A stretch of DNA of 64,000 nt from Lingula anatina (lineage: Eukaryota; Animalia; Brachiopoda): positions 48,428,401 through 48,492,400 of the forward strand of contig CM120641.1 of assembly GCA_051362555.1 (NCBI GenBank). Reading direction: 5' to 3'. The notes beneath the pieces were generated by a model. The model was not told where the DNA came from. It saw only the letters and a program-made list of their open reading frames with translations, and did no database searches. The position numbers and the translations under genes were made by a program. Shown here one piece after another: positions 57,138 through 64,000 of the stretch (position 1 is its first letter; the number at the start of each line of letters is the position of its first letter).

Positions 57138-60100
57138 AGAAAAATGCAAAGGAAAAGATTGAAAAAGAGGTATATTCCCACCCAGTTAAGAGCAATAGCC
57201 ATGTTAATTAAAGAGTTCATTAAAGATTTCGCTTTGAAGTTTGTCTGCAGATAACCAATGAATACATATAGCCTGTACCAACCTGATTTGCTTTTTAACC
57301 AAGTGATGTTTTCCCTTGTGGTAGGATTTCCTGCATAGATTTAATTCTTACTAAATGAGCTTTGTGCTCTCTAAGTGTTTAGTCTTGGAAAAACTGAAGT
57401 TCTTTTCTCTTTTGATTGACAGCTTGTTAATTTCACAAAGGATTCTGTGTGGGAGCCATGCTTCCTGGAAGTCATTGAACTTTTCATTGATTCCTTCTCA
57501 CTTGTTCCATGAAGCAACTCATGGTGTTTACTCCTTACACACATACCATTAAGACACACATGACTGAGAATTTATTAATGATGATTAAGATTCACTTCAC
57601 TCATGCCTATTATATCACAGCCATTTGAAGTTATTCTCAGCTCTCTTGATCGTTTTTGTATTAAATGAATTGGTGCCTTTGTGCCTATAATTAAAGAGGT
57701 TATAATGGATGGTGTTCAAAAATAGACATTAACACTGTGTTTAACAAGAAAATTACAAGAGATGCATTACACTTGGATATGATAATGATATTCTCATGGT
57801 TATGCAAGCTGGTGCCGAGAAAGGCCAACCTGTAGTGAATATTAGAACTTGCTGTTCAAAATGAGAAGCTCTTGGTTCTTGGAAAACCTATTTCTCATCC
57901 TGGGTTGATGGTCAAGTAATAGTGTCAAAGGGAGTTTTTAAAGAGGGCACTTCAGAGTTTTACACTGATAGCCCATAGTTCTGGACAGGTGAGTGATGGG
58001 GAGGTGGCCATATCCTCCCAGGGGTACCCTCTACAGCCATTCTTTCTCATTTACTGTAGTGCACCATAGGGAGAAGAAGAAAGGAGAAACCTTTAATGAT
58101 ATAAAGTCATAGGGAGAGGGAAGTGAGAATTTATTGATTTATTTTCTACCTGAACCACAGATACTTTGTGTTCAGGAAGCATGCCTCGTGCTTAATCTGG
58201 TTTAGAACACTTGTTTTAGGCAGGGCCTGAAGGTGTTGGGAAGACTTTTATAAGTGAATTGCATGCAATTGGCCATGTTGTAATCACGAATTAACTACAG
58301 GCTACTACCTCATTCAGTTTTGTTAATAACAGTGACAGGATATCCAGGTTTTGGGGCCCAGTTATTAATCATAAAGGACCAGGAACCAGGCTGGCAGTGA
58401 CTGTTAGTTGAAAGTTGTTAGGGGAGAACATTTTGTCAGGGAAGGTGCCCATGACTGCAGGAACGGTTAATTAGTGCGCAGTGTTTCTTGATGCAAGAAA
58501 TCAATGAGTTGACGCACACTCAAATCTTTCAAACTCTCTTCAAGCTGGCATTGCTGAACACTTCAAACCGCAGCATGCACACCAACAGCTGCTGCCTGCT
58601 GTCTCTACCTGGAATCATAGCAAACTTCACCGAGTAACAAAAAGGTGGCAGTGGCTTGTGAGTTCTGTTACCTCCTTGAGTGTGAAACTTGTGTGAGGTG
58701 CCAGGGGAGCATGGCCGACAAAGTGCAACCAGGGAGGTGGTAAAAACAGCTTATTGATCTGCCCTATCCGGTCAATCTTATCACTTGGTGCTAGCTGCAA
58801 ACTGGTCTGTAGGGAATTGATGAAGAATGATTACAAAGTGGCCAGTGGATGTCCCAGTGAACTGGCCCTAGCCTAAGGTGACTGTCTGACCGGCTGCCTC
58901 TCCGACTGGAAACACTAGCCGGCTTCCTGCTCGGTAACTCCCTATATAGAGAGCATTATCTTAAGCAAATCCCGGATTATCTTTGGGCATCTTTGGAAAC
59001 AGTAGCTGATTGATCTTTTTTTCCAATTTAATGTGCTTATCAGACGTGAGGGGGAGTCTTCTAACTTCATTGTCACAGAGTTGGGGCAAACTGTCTCTTG
59101 GGATGTGTACTGCCATTGCCAGCAGGGGAAACGGTGACCTCCTTGGATCAGGATGCCACCAGGGACAGGAGATAATTGGTGCTGGACCTTCAGACAATTA
59201 AAGATCACGGAGTGTCAGAGGAAATATATTCTACTGCCAGGTGCATGGTCTTATTATATAGTTGTGTGATGGGAAAGCACACTTGATTTGTGAAAGTGAG
59301 AAGATAAATTCACAGGCAGCTATTTCAATTACTGTTTTTATGTGTATTTGAACCTTTTGTTAACAACTGACAGAAGTGGAAGCTAAGGTTTTTATTCCTG
59401 GATAGTTTTTTCTCTGGGGGGAAGTAATTGTTGATGTCTTGTGTCTCTGTACATTTGATCTGGATTATGGAGTTAGACAGTTATTGGGAGTACCATGCGG
59501 AAGCTGTCAGCTAATAATTGTGTTAATCAGCTCAGGTTCCTGTTTTCCCTGGTAGCCAATGTGTCTCCACTGTGGTGGTAGGAGAGCTGTGAACTGATCA
59601 CAGTCAAGCACCTGCTGAGGGCAGCTAATAGACACTGCAGGTGATAGGTAGAATTGTGGGCGTGGCCTTGGTGGGGTGATCTCACCCTGAGGACACACTG
59701 GGAAGACCTTTGTGGGTCATTTGTACACTTTTTAATAAGTTTACCTCATTGGTAGCAGGTGCAAGGTTAAGAAGACTCCTAAGAAATAGTAAAAATCTAA
59801 TCTGGTCAACAAAAAAACATTTTGATTATAGAATAGATAAAACTCCGTGGCTGTTATGCTGAAATGAAGGGCTGTGAACCATTGGATTATTAAGGAACAG
59901 GTGGATTTTATTGTTTCACTCATGGCGTGCTTTGGACAACACATCAACCGCATACTACTTCCACAGGAATTAAAGTGATTTCTTTAATAGATCTATTGTG
60001 GAACGGATCAAGTTGATGACTTCATGAGGATAATGTCATCCCTGCTCCGAGCTGTTGCTGCTGCTAAAATATTAGCAGCCAGAGCAAGGTAAGAATATAC

Positions 60101-60174
60101 TGGGTACAGGACATTATAACAATACAAGAAAAGATATGCAAATAATAAGATAGCAGTTGCTATTAAATGTGTGT

Positions 60175-60179
<5 letters not shown>

Positions 60180-60241
<62 letters not shown>
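60180..60241. repeat. (TG)n microsatellite
   Basis: Pure dinucleotide run. Confidence 0.95.
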
Positions 60242-60244
<3 letters not shown>

Positions 60245-60342
60245 GCTGTTATGTAAGAAAAATTATAACCAGTAGATCCGTAGCTATGGCATAAAAATCA
60301 CATAGAAAAATGTTCCATTGCACATGTCAGTTTTGTACTTAT

Positions 60343-61085
60343 AGTTGTGTAGTCACCAGCCTGGTACTCATGATAACTTATTAGTTGTGTAGTCACCAGC
60401 CTGGTACTCCTGATAACTTAGTTGTGTAGTCACCAGCCTGGTACTCATGATAACTTAGTTGTGTAGTCACCAGCCTGGTACTTATGATAACTTAGTTGTG
60501 TAGTCACCAGCCTGGTACTCATGATAACTTAGCTGTGTAGTCACCAGCCTGGTACTCATGATAACTTAGTTGTGTAGTCACCAGCCTGGTACTTATGATA
60601 ACTTAGTTGTGTAGTCACCAGCCTGGTACTTATGATAACTTAGTTGTGTAGTCACCAGCCTGGTACTCATGATAATTTAGCTGTGTAGTCACCAGCCTGG
60701 TACTCATGATAACTCAGTTGTGTAGTCACCAGCCTGGTACTTATGATAATTTAGCTGTGTAGTCACCAGCCTGGTACTTATGATAACTTAGCTGTGTAGT
60801 CACCAGCCTGGTACTTATGATAACTTATCTGTGTAGTCACCAGCCTGGTACTTATGATAACTTAGTTGTGTAGTCAACAGCCTGGTACTCATGATAACTT
60901 AGTTGTGTAGTCACCAGCCTGGTACTCATGATAACTTAGTTGTGTAGTCACCAGCCTGGTACTTATGATAACTTAGTTGTGTAGTCACCACCCTGGTACT
61001 CATAATAACTTAGTTGTGTAGTCACCAGCCTGGTACTCATGATAACTTAGTTGTGTAGTCACCAGCCTGGTACTTATGATAACTT
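60343..61085. repeat. 37-bp minisatellite, ~20 copies
   Basis: Unit AGTTGTGTAGTCACCAGCCTGGTACTCATGATAACTT, head-to-tail without spacers. Confidence 0.95.
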
Positions 61086-62127
61086 GTACCATGCAGGGTT
61101 TGTAGCTTCCAGTCATTAACAATAGGTGAGCCCTTTAGCTGTTTATAGTATATGAAATCTTTTGAATGATGCTTTTAATGAGTTTCAATAAAGCATTCTG
61201 TGGAGATATTTAGCAGGATATTATTTGGAATGTCAGTAATGCCCGCAGCTAGTATATTAACAGGCATGTTCATACTTTTAATTCTGGGTGACTTAATTCT
61301 TTATGTACAAAAGCAGACCAAAGATCTCTTTAGATTTAGAAAAAACATCTCATGCTGTGTTAAACAACATTTGCTGAGAACAAAAATACTAGATTTTATT
61401 TTGAACAGATAAAATGTCAAGTTATAGTTTCCAGCTATATCATTGAGCTGTCACTTGTAGTTGTAGAACGCGAATTGCAGATTTGTAACACCAAAAATAA
61501 TATATACTAGATAAGGTGTGATGCAGAATTTTCATCTTGTACACCTGAGAATGACAAGTTATGACAGTTGTTAAGATATAATTCAATAATAAGTTGCTGT
61601 TTCTACAGCATATTTTAGGAACATTTTTTGCCCATCATTAGAAAAAATTGAACCTACGCCCACCCTCCCAATATTGGCCATTTGCAAATTCAAGTAATCT
61701 GAAATTAATAGAATTCTGTTTTTGTCTCAAGAACTAGTCAAGAGCTCCGAAAAAATCCTACTTCATCCATAAATTGGAGTTTGATGGTGATAGTCTGAGA
61801 AGAGAGTAATGGGTCTGGAAAGTGTATTTTTATTTGTAGTCTACACCTTCCATTTGTGTTGCCTAATAATATGTTCAATGGCTATGTGCCAGGCACATTC
61901 AGCTAAAAACAATCTATTGAATGATATTAGCATGTGCCAAGTTTTGTTCTTGCAAAACCTTTCACAAGGACTGAAACTGTCATGCCTCCCTATTTAATGT
62001 AGTAGTCTAGTAAGCATGTCTGGTACATGTACACTGTTGATTTTGTTTTCCTGGTTGAATTAAAGCCTAAGGAAAGGAACTTTTATTAAGTTCATTGATA
62101 TTTTAAAGTATCTTTTTGTCTGGTTAT

Positions 62128-62402
62128 AGTACAAGACTGGTTCAGTATTCCTTTACTTAAAGTACAAGGCTGGTTCAGCACAATCTTCAGTTAGTACACA
62201 ACTGGTTCAATACAAGCTTTACTTAGTACAAGGCTGGTTCAGTACAACCTTTACTTAGTACAAGGCTGGTTCAGTGCAATCTTTGTACAAGTTTGGTTCA
62301 GTACAATTTTTTTGTAGTACAAGTTTGGTATAGTACAATCTTTTCTTAGTACGAGGCTAGTTCAGCACAACCTTTGCTCAGCACAAGGCTGGTTCAGTGC
62401 AG
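62128..62402. repeat. Degenerate ~32-bp minisatellite
   Basis: Unit ~AGTACAAGGCTGGTTCAGTACAACCTTTACTT. Confidence 0.85.
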
Positions 62403-63469
62403 TTTAAAAAGAAGAGATGTGAGCATATATGATATATTTTATGATAAAAATGTATATATATATACATACTTGCATTTCACCACTTCTGTATGCTTGTGTA
62501 TCTCTGTTCTAGTGCTTCAAGAGAAGAAAGGTATTACATCTAATTATTACTGTTCAGTTATATTTTAGGTACTTAAAATTATTGCAGACACTTCCTAAGT
62601 TGTCTTTGGAATGGATTTTATCACAGGTGTTTAGTTGCATGCGCAGCATGTTGTTAACAGTAAAAGAGAGGAAAATTAAATAACAAACTGGACACTATAG
62701 TACAGGTGTTACGAGACGTTTTATGTATCTCCCATAGAACTCTGTAGGGATGGCATGGGATGCCCACCAGGGCCTGTGCCCATGACAACTGTGAGTTACA
62801 TCTATTTAAGTTTCCTGAAGAAGTCTTTTAGAAATAGATGAAACACCACAGCTTGTGCTACTTGCTTGTCAATTTTTGTCCAGTTTGTGATTTTATTTAA
62901 AATTCTATAATTGTTTAAAACTACAATGAAATAAGTCAAATTATGCACTTTGCACAGCATGGGTTTGGTTAATTTAATTTGATTGAAATTGGTGAAGCCA
63001 CTAAACTTGGTATGAATTTGAGTTCCATACAAATTGTTCTTACTCTAAAAGTAGCAGTTGTGATGGTAATTTTTTGTGTTCTGTGTTCTGCATGGAGTGT
63101 CATTATTAATATTTGCACAAAATATTTGCCAAGTATTATACCAGGAAGTTTTCATTGGTTCCAAACCAAATAACCCGCATGTTTAAAGATGTGAGGAAAA
63201 GTGCCTGATGCTGCAGTGGCCATATGGTAATGGTGTGAGGAATTATTTATTTCTTATTTTACATGGAACTTGTGAAACTTCTTAGGCTGTCTGCACATGA
63301 AGTGATATAGTTTTCTTTATCACATTGGTTATAACATTTACTTACACTGTGTTGTAATTTTGGTGTAATACAGAAAGTAATACTTTTCAATTTGGAAAAG
63401 GTTTTATTCTTACTCTCAAACTGGTCCAATACAGAAAATCATACTTCCACTGGAAAGGCTCTCATTCAG

Positions 63470-63731
63470 TCTAAGACTGCATTCTCATAAACTCATCGTA
63501 CAAAATGGATCAATCTAAGAGTCTTCTTCAAGTGTTTTCAATATAAACTGCTTAATTCTGTCACGCCCCCTTGAGAAACTAGTAGATAATTGACTATCGT
63601 CAAGTACCCCTTAGCAGTGTAAGTGGGCATGCAAGACATTTAAGCTGCTTACACTGAATGCAATTTATCAAGAGTCCCCACAGAGTTAGATCGATCCAGC
63701 CCATACAGTGGGTTTATGGGAATGCTCCCTG
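63470..63731. mobile_element. Palindromic MITE family, copy 4 (diverged)
   Basis: TTCTCATAAAC..GGATCAATCTAA at the left and TTAGATCGATCC..GTTTATGGGAA at the right; shares blocks with copies 1-3. Confidence 0.6.
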
Positions 63732-64000
63732 TAGAAAACTACAACTGCATTTGACAGTGTGCAAATGATATATACCTTAATGTTTTCTTGAAGGAGAAAA
63801 AAGTGTGTGGATATGTGTGTGTGCGTAAAAATACCCTAACTTGCATGTTACATTAAAGAGACTAGAATAAGCGGCCTTCAAATAAGTCAGCAATTTTCCA
63901 AAACAAACTCCTCATGCATAATTCTTTTGTACCTTAAATGTATGTTATGTTTCAATCAATTTTTCATAATTGTACACCAGGTTTAACGCCTCAGTTGGAG

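Noticed and set aside
58400-59960. GC-richer block with several 60-90 aa ORFs
   Set aside because: No consistent frame, domain or splice chain, and the expected next RGS exon (GGL-proximal ERAFW-type sequence) is not present. Kept only as a possible regulatory or UTR region.
60343-61085. 37-bp repeats of CRISPR-like length (also the 34-bp array at 56047)
   Set aside because: Units are head-to-tail with no unique spacers, there are no cas genes, and the context is a eukaryotic intron.

Overview
AT-rich, intron-rich eukaryotic (invertebrate, probably mollusc/lophotrochozoan) DNA. The first ~20 kb is a compact cluster of genes on strictly alternating strands: the 3' end of an unidentified gene (+), SUMO E2 UBC9/UBE2I (-), RINT1 (+, with a U12-type minor intron), an orphan ~462-aa gene (-), an orphan ~199-aa two-TM glycoprotein gene (+) and ALYREF/THOC4 (-). 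The remaining ~44 kb holds the first six coding exons of an R7-family RGS gene (DEP/DHEX region, +), which runs out of the window. Its large introns contain minisatellites, MITEs, a Helentron-type (HINE) element with a 160-bp satellite array, and LINE debris. The most interesting signals are: (i) the divergent orphan pair sharing a ~300-bp promoter with a perfect kappaB site and clustered CRE/ATF sites; (ii) repeated tandem duplications anchored on splice junctions, including a dead copy of the UBC9 catalytic exon and a duplicated U12 branch site; (iii) a perfect 75-bp inverted templated insertion bracketed by a 10-bp direct repeat; (iv) a nested fish-like HINE whose empty site is visible in a paralogous repeat; (v) a candidate alternative first exon for a DEP-less RGS isoform. 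All gene models were read by eye from splice signals and frame continuity; no database searches were run.
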